The position numbers and the translations under genes are program-made. DNA of 64,000 nt from Desulfurellaceae bacterium (lineage in GTDB: Bacteria > Desulfobacterota > Binatia > Bin18), in assembly GCA_021296095.1 (NCBI GenBank), contig JAGWBB010000005.1, positions 2,937 through 66,936 on the forward strand, written 5' to 3'. This document shows, in pieces, positions 1 through 10,857 of the stretch (position 1 is the first letter of the stretch; each line of letters opens with the position of its first letter). The notes below the pieces were generated by a model that saw only the letters and a program-made list of their open reading frames with translations, ran no database searches and was not told the DNA's origin.

Positions 1-49
1 GATTCTTCGTGTATGATAGCCGCTTCGACTGGGTAAGGAGTACAAACCG

Positions 50-364
50 ATGGCAAGCCGTATCCGCAAAAACGACACCGTCCAGGTCATGGCCGGCAAG
101 GACCGGGGCAAGACGGGCGAAATCCTTCAGGTGTTTCCCACACAGAACCGGGTCACGGTCCGGGGTCTCAATATGGTCAAACGCCACATCAAGCCGAACC
201 AGCAACAGCAGCAGGGCGGCATTGTTGAAAAAGAGGCTCCCCTGCACATCTCCAACGTCATGCCGCTTGACCCCGAGGACGGTCGTCCGACCCGGGTCGG
301 ATTCAGGATTGTTGAGGGTAAGAAGGTCCGTGTCAGCAAACGGACCGGCAAGGTGCTCGACTGA
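50..364 (+). CDS. rplX: 50S ribosomal protein L24 (bL24)
   Basis: 104-aa ORF with AAGGAG SD about 9 nt upstream. KOW-like N-terminus ([21 protein letters not shown]) and [15 protein letters not shown]...RVGF block typical of bL24. Confidence 0.95.
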   Translation: MASRIRKNDTVQVMAGKDRGKTGEILQVFPTQNRVTVRGLNMVKRHIKPNQQQQQGGIVEKEAPLHISNVMPLDPEDGRPTRVGFRIVEGKKVRVSKRTGKVLD

Positions 365-386
365 GCGGGCTCCCCGCCGACACCAT

Positions 387-421
387 GAAAAAAGGCCGAC
401 AGAGCACGTCGGCCTTTTTTG
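387..421. terminator. bidirectional intrinsic terminator between convergent rplX and rpmG
   Basis: A-run 387-393, stem GGCCGAC 394-400, 7-nt loop, GTCGGCC 408-414, T-run 415-420. The A-run/T-run symmetry allows termination on both strands. Confidence 0.75.
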
Positions 422-439
422 TTGCAGCTTGGAGCGTCG

Positions 440-595
440 CTATTTCAGGCGGGTTTCTTTGTAGATGACGTGTTTACGCGCCACCGGATCGTATTTTTTG
501 AGTTCGAGTTTGTCGGCCATGGTCTTTTTGTTCTTGGTCGCAATGTAAAAGTGGCCGGTTCCGGCTGACGATTCCAGTTTGATCTTTTCGCGCAT
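440..595 (-). CDS. rpmG: 50S ribosomal protein L33 (bL33)
   Basis: Absent from the ORF track because it is under 60 aa. Minus-strand ATG at 593-595, TAG at 440-442. Translation [51 protein letters not shown] is a typical bL33. Confidence 0.9.
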   Translation of the reverse strand: MREKIKLESSAGTGHFYIATKNKKTMADKLELKKYDPVARKHVIYKETRLK

Positions 596-622
596 CGTTT
601 GTCCTCCCGTTGTCAAGTCGGT

Positions 623-859
623 CTACACTTTGATGCCGCGCTGGCGCATGTCTTTCAACACCCGCTCAATGCCCAGCTTATCAATCGTCCGAATCCCACG
701 CGCGCTCAGACGCAGACGCACCCAGCGTTTTTCGCTCGCCAGCCAGAACTTGTGGGTCTGCATGTTTGGAAGAAAACGCCGTTTTGTTCTGTTGTTGGCG
801 TGGGACACATTGTTCCCGGTGCGTGGGCGTTTGCCAGTGACTGGACACAGTCTCGACAT
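623..859 (-). CDS. rpmB: 50S ribosomal protein L28 (bL28)
   Basis: 78-aa [35 protein letters not shown]... matches the bL28 signature. Lies 27 nt upstream of rpmG, the classical rpmB-rpmG order. Confidence 0.95.
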   Translation of the reverse strand: MSRLCPVTGKRPRTGNNVSHANNRTKRRFLPNMQTHKFWLASEKRWVRLRLSARGIRTIDKLGIERVLKDMRQRGIKV

Positions 860-903
860 GAAGAAGTCTCCTCGTGTTGTCTTGTCGCCAGATGCGAGCC
901 GTC

Positions 904-933
904 CTTATAGCATAGCCGATGGCGGGAGGCCAA
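904..933 (-). promoter_or_regulatory. candidate sigma70-type promoter of rpmB-rpmG
   Basis: Minus strand TTGGCC (933-928), 18-nt spacer, TATAAG (909-904), about 45 nt upstream of the rpmB ATG. Recognised by eye only. Confidence 0.3.
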
Positions 934-996
934 GGTGGGGGGATCTGCTGATGGACAAGCCGGCATAGACGCTGCTGCCCGCCGGGTGGCGGACTG

Positions 997-1476
997 TCAG
1001 GCTGTCAGCTTTTCACACTCGGCTATGGTCTTCGCACACGCCTCTGCGGTTTCAATACAGATGGCATGGTGGTGATGCTTGCGGCATTCGTCTTCACAGG
1101 CTTTGTAGATGGCACTACAGACCTGGGCGAAGTCGGTCAGCTGGGCTGAACTTGCCGCTGCCAGCGTTGCCAGGGCCTGGCAGGCCGCGATCATCTCCTG
1201 GTTACGCATGGCACACACGGCCAGCGAGGTGTCGCCTGCGGCAAACTGCTGAAAACAGTGCTGGAGGCACATCTGTCCGATGCCGACACATTCGATCGCG
1301 GTCAGGACCAGGGAGCGGTGGCGGGTCGCCGGATTGGCCGCCGGAGCGGCGTGTTCATGAGCGGTGTCGGCAAAGGCTGGGCTGGCCAGCGCGGCCAGAC
1401 CCAGGCTACTTGCTCCCACCAACGCGTCGCGCCGGCTGAGGCGTGGGGGATGATCGGTCGGTCTGTACGGCACCAT
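997..1476 (-). CDS. Tat-exported Cys-rich four-helix-bundle metal-binding protein (DUF326 / copper-storage Csp-like)
   Basis: Twin-arginine leader (LSRRDALVGASSLGLAALASPAFA). The mature part has 11 Cys spaced in helical-repeat patterns (ECVGIGQMCLQHC, VCSAIYKACEDEC, AICIETAEACAKTIAEC) plus an HHHH run. Confidence 0.7.
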   Translation of the reverse strand: MVPYRPTDHPPRLSRRDALVGASSLGLAALASPAFADTAHEHAAPAANPATRHRSLVLTAIECVGIGQMCLQHCFQQFAAGDTSLAVCAMRNQEMIAACQALATLAAASSAQLTDFAQVCSAIYKACEDECRKHHHHAICIETAEACAKTIAECEKLTA

Positions 1477-1510
1477 TTTTTTTCATAGTCGCCTCCTGGT
1501 GCAGCCGTGT

Positions 1511-2641
<1,131 letters not shown>

Positions 2642-2744
2642 CTAGACTGACTCCGATGTTTACCACCCAGGCTTGTCGGGAATCAAGGCGGAAGCGGAGG
2701 GTAGGGGCGCCGACGCCCGGAGTGATGAGCCGGGCGCCGGTCCG

Positions 2745-4070
2745 CTAGGTTCCGCTGAACTGGACGTCTTCGAAGACCAGCGTGGGCGCTTGAACCGGGG
2801 AGTAGGGCCAGGGGTCATTGCCGATTTCGGCCATGTTCTGAAACAGCTGGCGCAGATTGCCTGTGACGTTCATTTCACGGATCGGTCGGCCGATTGTGCC
2901 GTTTTCAATCAGATGGCCCCGCAGCCCAAAGGAAAAATCTCCGCTGGTCGGGTTGGCGTTGCCGCCCAGCCAGGAGGTGATATACACCCCGCTGCCGACA
3001 TCCGGCACAATCCGGTCAAGCCCGCGCTGGCCGAGCCGGACTTCCTGATTGGAGGGGGAGATGGTTGTCGGCGGCAGACCGATTTTGCGTCCGTAATAGG
3101 TGTCAACATACAGCTGACGGACGGTCCCGTTTTCGACCAGGGTGAAGGGTTTGGCCGCGATGCCTTCGGTGTCGTAATAGCGCGAGGCCAGCCCGCGGAC
3201 GCGGAGCGGATTGTCGATGAGCGTGAGTTTGTGGCTGAACTCCTGCTGGCCGAGCAGATCGGCCCAAAACGATTGGCCCTGCTGAACGCTATGGGCGGTG
3301 GCGGCGCTCAGCAGGCGGCTGACCAGCGCTGTTGCCGCGCTGGGGTCAACCACCATGTGTGTCCGTTGGGTCGGCCCTTTGTCGGCCCCAAGGCGCAGGA
3401 CAGCCCGTCCCAGAGCCTGCCGGGCCACCTGTTCGGCATCCGGCAGGTCGGCCAGATGCCGGGTGCCGGCGTAAAAACTGGCCTCGGCCCGACGCTGGGC
3501 CTGATCCCGCAGGGTGACCTGGCTGCCCAGCCAGCACAAGCTGGTGGCGTAGACAGCGCTAAAGCCGTTTGAGCTTGCCGTAGCCTCCTGGCTGTGGACG
3601 TCAGACACCACAGCCGTGGCCGAAATGACGCGGCTGTGGCTGTGGGCGACCGCATCCATGGCCCTACACCAGGCCAGGCGTTGGTCGCGGCTGATAGCTT
3701 GAACGTCGGGGTCAAGCAATTGCAAATCGCGCTCGGTCCGCCCGGCGTACAGTGCGGGCGGGGTGATGGTGCGATGGCGGTCCGACTCCAGGGCGCGGGT
3801 CAGGGCAAGCGCCTGATTCACAAAAGCGGTAACACGGTCGGGATCGAGATCGGTGGTAGTGTGGGACGAATAGCGGCCCTCGACGAACAGCCGCACGCCC
3901 AAGCTGCGCGAGGTGGTGTCTTTGACTTTTTCGAGCTTACCGTCGCGCCAACTGAACTCAACCGTGCGGCTGCGGCCGAGGGTGGCAAAGACATCGTCGG
4001 CCCCGGCCTGCTTGCCGACCTCGACGGTCTGCTGGACGCGCTTGAGCAGTTCAGCCGGCATTGACCCCAC
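2745..4070 (-). CDS. pmbA: PmbA/TldE family metalloprotease subunit (no signal peptide)
   Basis: 441 aa. TldD/PmbA-family C-terminal region (SGDFSFGLRGHLIENG). Overlaps the tldD stop by 20 nt. Confidence 0.85.
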   Translation of the reverse strand: MGSMPAELLKRVQQTVEVGKQAGADDVFATLGRSRTVEFSWRDGKLEKVKDTTSRSLGVRLFVEGRYSSHTTTDLDPDRVTAFVNQALALTRALESDRHRTITPPALYAGRTERDLQLLDPDVQAISRDQRLAWCRAMDAVAHSHSRVISATAVVSDVHSQEATASSNGFSAVYATSLCWLGSQVTLRDQAQRRAEASFYAGTRHLADLPDAEQVARQALGRAVLRLGADKGPTQRTHMVVDPSAATALVSRLLSAATAHSVQQGQSFWADLLGQQEFSHKLTLIDNPLRVRGLASRYYDTEGIAAKPFTLVENGTVRQLYVDTYYGRKIGLPPTTISPSNQEVRLGQRGLDRIVPDVGSGVYITSWLGGNANPTSGDFSFGLRGHLIENGTIGRPIREMNVTGNLRQLFQNMAEIGNDPWPYSPVQAPTLVFEDVQFSGT

Positions 4071-5586
4071 CGACGGTCAGGCTGGAGACCAGAGCGGTCG
4101 GCATACCCTGGGACACCGGCACGCTCTGGCCGTCTTTGCCACACGTCCAGCCGCCGGTATCTAGTCGCCCGTCGTTTGCCACCATGCTGATCCTGGTCAG
4201 TGCCTCGGGCCCGTTGCCGATGATATTACAGTCTTTGATCGGAGCGGTGATGTTCCCGTTTTCGATCAACCAGCCGTTTTTGATGAAAAAGGTAAAATCG
4301 CCCGCCCCGATCCGAACTTGGCCGTTTGCATATGTCTCGGCGATAATGCCGCGCTTGACCGCCCGGATGATCTCCTCCCGGCTGTGGGGGCCGTTCTCCA
4401 TAAAGGTACACGTCATACGCGGCAGCGGTGCGTGCTTGTAGGACTGCCGCCGCCCGGAGCCGGTCGGGGGTGTGTTGTAGTGACGCGCGCTGATCGCGTC
4501 GTGCAGATATGAGTTCAAGATGCCGTTTTCAACCAGCACCGTTCGGCCGCAGGGCTGACCCTCGTCGTCGTAGTTCAGGGCGCCACGTTCGTGGGCCAGG
4601 GTGGCCTGATCGACAACGGTGACGAACGGGGCGGCAACCTGCTGGCCCAACATGTCCGAGTAGATGCTGGCGCCCTTGCGGTTGAAGTCGGCTTCCAGCC
4701 CGTGCCCAATCGCCTCGTGCAGCAGAATTCCGCTCGCCCCGGCGGCCAGAACAACCGGCAGTTCCCCGGCCGGCGGGTGGCCGGCCTCAAACAGAATCAG
4801 GGTGCGTCCGACCGCCTCGGACACCAGCTGTCTGAGGCGCTGCTGGGTATACCAGTCCAGGTCTTGGCGGGCGGCGATATTGGTCCCGCCGGTCTGGATC
4901 TGGCCGTTTTTCCGGGCGGTCAAGTGGAGCGACATGCGGGTCATGGGCCGATGGTCGGTGACGATACTGCCGTCGAGGCGGGCGATCATGATCCGCTCGT
5001 CGGCATCGACCCAATAAATACGCACTTTTTCAACGGCCGGGTCGGCCGCCTTGGCCAGGGCTTCGACCTGACGCAGCAGGGGTAGCTTGTGGTCGATGCC
5101 GACCTCCGACCACGGGACCCGGACGCGGTACAGATCGCCCATGGGTGTATCGTTCAAGGCAATGGGCGCCACGGTACGGGTCTGCCCGGCAATCGCCGCT
5201 GCGGTCTGAGCCGCAGCCAGCATGGACGGCGGGCTGATGTCTTCGGTGAAGGCGTAGCCGGTCTGATCCCCGACCACGCTGCGTAGACCGACGCCCTGCT
5301 GAATATGGGAGCTGGCACGGCTGATGGTGCCGTCTTCGAGCACGACGGTATTCAGGCGTTGATGCTGAAAATAGAGATCGGCTGTATCCGCCCCGCCGCT
5401 TCCCAACTCGCGCAAGACCCGCTCAATCAGAGCTCGGTCAACCCCGAACCAGTCCAGAAAGGGCTGGGCCGGTGTAGGCTGACTCAGGTCGTGGGCAGCC
5501 TTGACTCCGCTGCGCTTCAAGAAATGCGGCATGGACACCAGCGCACCGGCGGCCGCCATCCCGCGGACAAACGTCCGTCGCGTCAT
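4051..5586 (-). CDS. tldD: TldD family metalloprotease with twin-arginine signal
   Basis: 511 aa. N-terminal MTRRTFVRGMAAAGAL Tat motif. HEAIGHGLE metalloprotease motif and GAGDFTFFIKNGWLIENG C-terminal block. Confidence 0.9.
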   Translation of the reverse strand: MTRRTFVRGMAAAGALVSMPHFLKRSGVKAAHDLSQPTPAQPFLDWFGVDRALIERVLRELGSGGADTADLYFQHQRLNTVVLEDGTISRASSHIQQGVGLRSVVGDQTGYAFTEDISPPSMLAAAQTAAAIAGQTRTVAPIALNDTPMGDLYRVRVPWSEVGIDHKLPLLRQVEALAKAADPAVEKVRIYWVDADERIMIARLDGSIVTDHRPMTRMSLHLTARKNGQIQTGGTNIAARQDLDWYTQQRLRQLVSEAVGRTLILFEAGHPPAGELPVVLAAGASGILLHEAIGHGLEADFNRKGASIYSDMLGQQVAAPFVTVVDQATLAHERGALNYDDEGQPCGRTVLVENGILNSYLHDAISARHYNTPPTGSGRRQSYKHAPLPRMTCTFMENGPHSREEIIRAVKRGIIAETYANGQVRIGAGDFTFFIKNGWLIENGNITAPIKDCNIIGNGPEALTRISMVANDGRLDTGGWTCGKDGQSVPVSQGMPTALVSSLTVGGVNAG

Positions 5587-7019
5587 CCCGCTGTCTCCCC
5601 CGCGTCTGCGTCAAGCTCCTGCAAGACCTCGAACAGGATTCGGGTGGCCTGACCCAGGCTGGCCAGCGGAACCCGCTCATTAGGGCCGTGCACCCCGTAG
5701 TTTTCCCCGGCTTGCAGCGCAATGCCCGAAAAACCGTAGCTGACCATGCCTTTTTCACGAAAATAGCGGCTGTCGGTAAAGCCGGCCAGCATGGTCGGCA
5801 GGACCAGCGCCTGGGGATGATGGCGCTCGGCCACGGCGCTGATAGCCCGAAACAGCGGCGTATCGGCCGCTGACGCGACCGGAGGAAAGTTGAGCAGGAC
5901 CAACAGCTCAACCTGGGGATCGTTCACGACCTTGGTCAGGGTGGCGATAAACTGCTGGGGATCCTCACCCGGCAGCAGGCGGCAGTCGAGTTCGGCCGTG
6001 GCCTGAGCGGGCACCGAGTTGGTCTTTTGGCTGCCGCTGAGAACCGTTGGCGCAATCGTGTTGCGGACCAGGGCGTTGTTGTAGGGCTGCTCCATGAATG
6101 CCCGATGAAAATTCGGGTCGGTCAGGGCGCGTTCAAGATCGCGGTAGTGGGCTGCGGTTTCGTCATCTTCACGCTCGGCCAGGGATGAAAAATAGGCTTG
6201 GACGGCCGGTACGATCCTGATTGGAGCGGTGTAGCTCTGGATATTGCTCAGGGCGCGCAGCAGACGGGTGACCGCACTATCGGGTCGCGGCACCGAGCCG
6301 TGGCCGGCTTGGCCCTTGGCCGTCAGGCGGATCCAGCACGGCGACTTTTCGGCCACGCTGACGGTGTAGGAGATTTCTTCTCCGTCATGACGGATCCCGC
6401 CGCCCTCAGTCAACACAAACTCGGCGTCCTGAATGCGGTCGAAATGGGTGTCAAGAAACCAGCCCGCCCCGTGCTGGCCGCCGGTTTCTTCGTCGCCGGT
6501 GCCCAGAAAAATAATGTCGCGTTTGAGCCCGATGGCGTGGCGCTTGAGCAGGGCCAGGGCCAGAAACTGGACGACGGCCGTGCCCTTGCAGTCAAGCGCG
6601 CCGCGGCCGTGGACATGGCCGTCTTTGATCAGGCCGGAGAACGGCTCAAGATCCCAGTGCTCGGCCTCGGCCGGCACCACGTCCATATGGTGGAGCAGAA
6701 TGAGCGCTTTCTTTTCGCCGCTGCCGCTGAGCCGGGCGGACACAATGCCCCGGCCGGGCCGGGACTCGTGTACCTGGGCCTCAATTCCCTCCCGGGCTAA
6801 TTGTTCCTGCCAGAAGCGGGCTGCGGCGACTTCATTGCCCGGTGGATTCGTGGTGTTGATCTGGATATAGCGGCTCAGCAACTGGCCGGCCTCCCGCTCC
6901 ACCGCTCCCCAGTCGGGCTGTCCCGCTGCCGATGAGGGGGAGAGCAGCAGGGCCATAAGCAGCGGGCCGAGAGCGGAGGCGAGCCGAGGACAGCGGAAAA
7001 ACGAGACTGTTGTACGCAC
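5583..7019 (-). CDS. secreted M20-family metallopeptidase (ArgE/DapE/CPG2-like)
   Basis: M20 motifs (LLHHMDVVPAE, GRGALDCKG, GDEETGG). I moved the start to the GTG at 7017-7019, which has GGAGGA upstream and gives a signal peptide (VRTTVSFFRCPRLASALGPLLMALLLSPSSAAG). ATGA overlap with the tldD start. The track ORF extends to 7331, but that extension is low-complexity. Confidence 0.8.
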   Translation of the reverse strand: MRTTVSFFRCPRLASALGPLLMALLLSPSSAAGQPDWGAVEREAGQLLSRYIQINTTNPPGNEVAAARFWQEQLAREGIEAQVHESRPGRGIVSARLSGSGEKKALILLHHMDVVPAEAEHWDLEPFSGLIKDGHVHGRGALDCKGTAVVQFLALALLKRHAIGLKRDIIFLGTGDEETGGQHGAGWFLDTHFDRIQDAEFVLTEGGGIRHDGEEISYTVSVAEKSPCWIRLTAKGQAGHGSVPRPDSAVTRLLRALSNIQSYTAPIRIVPAVQAYFSSLAEREDDETAAHYRDLERALTDPNFHRAFMEQPYNNALVRNTIAPTVLSGSQKTNSVPAQATAELDCRLLPGEDPQQFIATLTKVVNDPQVELLVLLNFPPVASAADTPLFRAISAVAERHHPQALVLPTMLAGFTDSRYFREKGMVSYGFSGIALQAGENYGVHGPNERVPLASLGQATRILFEVLQELDADAGETAG

Positions 7020-7215
7020 ACTTCCTCCGGGCTGGGAGACTGAGGTTCGGCCTGAAACACCAAGCCGCAGGCTAGTCCCGGGAGGCCGAAAAGGCAAGCG
7101 CGTCCCGCGCTGGATTTTTTCCTCATACAAGATATAGTGAGCCGATATATCCTTGGACCCATTCCCTTGCGGATGAACCGGACGGGGGCTTGGGGCGGAC
7201 TGGGGAGGTGGGGGC

Positions 7216-10200
7216 ATGAGGATCAAACAGATCGAACTCCTTGGATTCAAATCCTTCAAAGACAAGACGACACTCACGTTTCCGGCCGGAGTGACGGCTA
7301 TCGTCGGCCCCAACGGGTGCGGCAAATCCAATGTGGTTGACGCCCTGCGCTGGGTCCTGGGTGAGCAGAGTTCGCGTCAACTGCGGGGCGTCGAAATGAG
7401 CGACGTTGTCTTTGCCGGTACCCAGGGCAATGCTCCGCTGGGCATGGCCGAGGTCAAGCTGCTGCTCGAAAATACCGACACCCCGGTTGCCCCGCAGCCT
7501 GAAGTGCCTGGAAATGGCAGCCCCGTCACGGCTCGGGTCGGCAACGGCTGGACCGAGATGATGGTTTCGCGTCGCTACTTCCGGTCGGGTGAGTCCGAGT
7601 ATTTCTTGAACAATATCCCGTGCCGACTGCGGGATATTGTCGAATTCTTCCTCGGCACCGGGGCTGGCAGCAAAGCCTATGCGATCATCGAACAGGGCCG
7701 GGTTGAACATCTCATCAACGCCAAAGCGGACGATATCCGGGTGCTGATCGAAGAAGCCGCAGGCGTCAGCTTATACCGCAGTCGGCGGCTGGCCGCTGAG
7801 CGCAAGCTCGAGCGCACCCAGGATAATCTGGCCCGGGTGGCCGATCTGCTGTCCGAAATGGAGCGGCAGCTGGGCACGCTGCGGCGCCAGGCCAAAAAGG
7901 CTGCCCAATACCAAGCCTTGCAAGAGGAACTGCAAACCCTGGATCTGAGTCTGCTGTGCCACGCCTACCAGACCCTGTTGGATGAACTGGTCGATCTCGA
8001 CCGGCGCCGGACCGCGGTCCTAGCCGAGGAAACCGCCCTCGAAGACCGGATGCAGCAGCTCCAGGCCGAGCGCCTCCAGGCGCAGACGGTCCTGGAAAAC
8101 CAGGAGGCTGCGCTGCACGCCAGTGAGGAGCGGGTTCACGCCATACAGAGCACCCTGCAACAGGGCGAACAGCGCAAGGAGTTTCTCCTCCACCAGGAAC
8201 AGCGGGCCGCCGACCGAGCCGGCGCGGCCCAAACCGAGCTGGCGGCGGTGGAGGAGCGTCGCAGTGCGGTGCAGAACGAGGTCGAGAGTCTGGCCGAACA
8301 AACCCGCCAGAGTCAGATCCAACTGGCCGAGGAAGAAGCGGTGCTCAGCGGCCACGAGCAGGATGGTGGCCGCCTGCAAGACACCCTTTTGAGCCATGAG
8401 GCGGCGGCCGAAGAGTTGAAAACCGAGATCGTCGATGTGCTGACCCAGCACGCCCAGGTACAGAACGGGCTGGCCTACGCCCGGCGCCGGGGGGAGGAAC
8501 TGGCAGACCGCCTCCAGGTCTTGGCGACCGAGGCCGAACAGGCGTCGGCCAGTCTGGCTGAGACTGAGCAGAGTCTGGCTACGACCCACACGCGGGCGGC
8601 CGAACTGGACGAATGCCTGCGGCTCGGCCAGCGTGAGCGGGGCGAGAAGACGGACGGCTTACAGGCGGTGGTGCGCGTCGGGGAACAGCTGGAACAAGAG
8701 CTGGCCGGGGCCTGGGCCAAGCAGGCCGAGTTGCGAACCCGGCTGTCTACCCTCAAAGAGATGGAGCAGGGCTATGAGCGCTATGCGCCCGGGGTGCAGT
8801 CCATCATGGCTGAGGCTGAATCGCTGACCCGGGTGGTCGGTGTGGTTGCCCAGATGCTTGAGGTACCGCATAGCTATGAACGGGCGGTCGCTGCGGTCCT
8901 GCGCGAGAAACTCGAATATGTCGTGGTTGCCGAGGTTGGTGACGGACTGACCGCAGTCGAGTACTTGCACCAGGCCGAGGCCGGCCACGGCAGCTTTATC
9001 CCGCTCCAACCCCGGATCGGTCCCCAGCCCGCGTCCCAACACAACGGCCATGCGCTGACCGTCGGCCAGGGGCTTGCGGTGGTCATGCCCGCGCCCAGCG
9101 AGCCGGACGGCTTGACTCCCCTGCTCAGCCTGCTGTCGGTTGCGCCCCAGGGCCGTGAAGTGGTTGAGTCACTGCTGGCCGATACTTTTCTGGTCCCTGA
9201 CCTGCGGACCGGCCTGGAGTGCTGGCAGCGTGACCATCAGCCGCGGACTTTTGTGACGCCAAGCGGTGAGGTACTGACCGCCCAGGGGGTAGTCAGCGGC
9301 GGCAGTCAGGGCATCGTCCAAGAGGGCTTGCTGGAGCGGCGCCGGGAAATCCGCGACCTGCACGACCAGGTCGAGCAGCACGACAGTGTGGTGGCCGACT
9401 TGATACGACGACGCCAGGAAGCCAAACGCAGCCGTCAGGAGCTGGAGGGTGAATTGGCCCGCTTAGAGGCCCAGGCCCGTGCCTGGGGCGAAGAAAGACA
9501 AGCCCTGCACGCTCGGGCTGCCCAACTGGAGGGCGAACAGCGCCGTCTGCTGGATAAGAAAGAGAGTATCGGCTACGAACGCCAGACTCTGGAGGAGGAG
9601 CAGAGCGGACTCGGGAGCGAAATTGCCGGCCTGGCCACCAGAGAGTCTGAGCTGGACGACCAGCGTCAAGAACGAGAAGCCCGGCTGGCCGAACGGCAGG
9701 AGCAGGTCGCCCAGGCCAAACTTGCCCTCGAACACCAGCGAGAGGTGTGTGACGAGCTGCGGGTGCGGGTAGCCGAGCGTCGTGAGCGTCAGGAGGGGTT
9801 GCGCACCCAGCGCTCGCGGCTGCAAGAGCAGCAGACTGAGCTGGCCGAGCGCGCTGCAACCTGCCAGGCCGAACACCGCGCCGCCCAGGCCGAGGCAGAC
9901 CAGATTCAGACTGAGCTGACAGAGCAGGCCACCCGTACCGCCCAGCACCAGACCGAACTGGCCAGCGTGGGCCAGGAACACGAGCGCCAGCAAGATGCCT
10001 GCACCCGGCTGCGCGCGAGTTGTCGTGCGTATGAAGAGGAACTTGAGCAGTGCCGGGCCAGCCTGATCGAATTCCAGGAAGAGAAGACTCGGCTTGAGGT
10101 CAAGAGCGCTGAAAAACGGGTCAGCTGCGATCACATCAATACGGCCGGATACGAGCGCTATGAGATTGCCATTCCTGGCGTGCTGGCCCAGTATGCGAGC

Positions 10201-10857
10201 GCCTGGCTTGAGACTGAGACAGCCGAAGCGCGGCGCCAAGAGCTGCGTGACAAGATCGGCCGGCTCGGCGAGGTCAACCCCGGTGCGGCGGTTGAACTGG
10301 TCGCGGTCGAGCAGCGTCACATGTCGCTGAAGGAACAGGAGGCCGACTTGCAGGCCTCGATTGCCGACTTGCAGAGAACGATTGCCAAGCTCAACCGCGA
10401 GTCGCGCGACCGCTTCAGGGAGACGTTTGGATTGGTTGACGCGAAATTCCGTCATGTCTATGAACGTCTGGTCGAGGGCGGTAGCGCCCAGATCAGCCTG
10501 ACGGATGAAAACGATCCCACTCACAGCGGGGTAGAAATCTCGGTCCAGCCGCCCGGTAAACGCCTGCGTTCCCTGCAACTGCTGTCCGGCGGCGAGCGGG
10601 CGCTGGCCGCGCTGAGTTTTACCTTCGCCCTGTTTCTGATCCGCCCCAGTCCGTTTTGTGTGCTGGACGAGGTCGATGCCCCGCTCGACGATGCCAATGT
10701 GGGGCGCTTTAACCAGTTGGTCAGAGAAATCAGCCAAACAACCCAGGTGATCTTAATCACTCATAACAAACGGACCATGGAAGCTGCTTCGACCCTGTAC
10801 GGCGTGACCATGCAGGAGCCGGGCATCTCAACCGTGGTCTCGGTGAGTCTGTCCTGA
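7216..10857 (+). CDS. smc: chromosome segregation protein SMC
   Basis: 1213 aa. Walker A GPNGCGKSN, long coiled coils, hinge, and C-terminal LSGGERALAALSFTFAL...LDEVDAPLD signature and Walker B. Confidence 0.95.
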   Translation: MRIKQIELLGFKSFKDKTTLTFPAGVTAIVGPNGCGKSNVVDALRWVLGEQSSRQLRGVEMSDVVFAGTQGNAPLGMAEVKLLLENTDTPVAPQPEVPGNGSPVTARVGNGWTEMMVSRRYFRSGESEYFLNNIPCRLRDIVEFFLGTGAGSKAYAIIEQGRVEHLINAKADDIRVLIEEAAGVSLYRSRRLAAERKLERTQDNLARVADLLSEMERQLGTLRRQAKKAAQYQALQEELQTLDLSLLCHAYQTLLDELVDLDRRRTAVLAEETALEDRMQQLQAERLQAQTVLENQEAALHASEERVHAIQSTLQQGEQRKEFLLHQEQRAADRAGAAQTELAAVEERRSAVQNEVESLAEQTRQSQIQLAEEEAVLSGHEQDGGRLQDTLLSHEAAAEELKTEIVDVLTQHAQVQNGLAYARRRGEELADRLQVLATEAEQASASLAETEQSLATTHTRAAELDECLRLGQRERGEKTDGLQAVVRVGEQLEQELAGAWAKQAELRTRLSTLKEMEQGYERYAPGVQSIMAEAESLTRVVGVVAQMLEVPHSYERAVAAVLREKLEYVVVAEVGDGLTAVEYLHQAEAGHGSFIPLQPRIGPQPASQHNGHALTVGQGLAVVMPAPSEPDGLTPLLSLLSVAPQGREVVESLLADTFLVPDLRTGLECWQRDHQPRTFVTPSGEVLTAQGVVSGGSQGIVQEGLLERRREIRDLHDQVEQHDSVVADLIRRRQEAKRSRQELEGELARLEAQARAWGEERQALHARAAQLEGEQRRLLDKKESIGYERQTLEEEQSGLGSEIAGLATRESELDDQRQEREARLAERQEQVAQAKLALEHQREVCDELRVRVAERRERQEGLRTQRSRLQEQQTELAERAATCQAEHRAAQAEADQIQTELTEQATRTAQHQTELASVGQEHERQQDACTRLRASCRAYEEELEQCRASLIEFQEEKTRLEVKSAEKRVSCDHINTAGYERYEIAIPGVLAQYASAWLETETAEARRQELRDKIGRLGEVNPGAAVELVAVEQRHMSLKEQEADLQASIADLQRTIAKLNRESRDRFRETFGLVDAKFRHVYERLVEGGSAQISLTDENDPTHSGVEISVQPPGKRLRSLQLLSGGERALAALSFTFALFLIRPSPFCVLDEVDAPLDDANVGRFNQLVREISQTTQVILITHNKRTMEAASTLYGVTMQEPGISTVVSVSLS

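Noticed and set aside
7097-7122. GCGCG-TCC-CGCGC hairpin followed by a T-run in the M20/smc divergent region, considered as a terminator.
   Set aside because: The stem is only 5 bp, there is no upstream plus-strand gene to terminate, and it lies in a promoter region.
7020-7331. N-terminal 104-aa extension of the M20 peptidase ORF. Analogous long extensions occur at 16368-16511, 20316-20564, 21497-21562, 44046-44375, 52955-53140, 56014-56115, 36404-36430 and 39445-39513.
   Set aside because: The extensions are low-complexity, overlap neighbouring genes or promoters, and lack SD sequences. Internal starts with good SDs give canonical N-termini or signal peptides.
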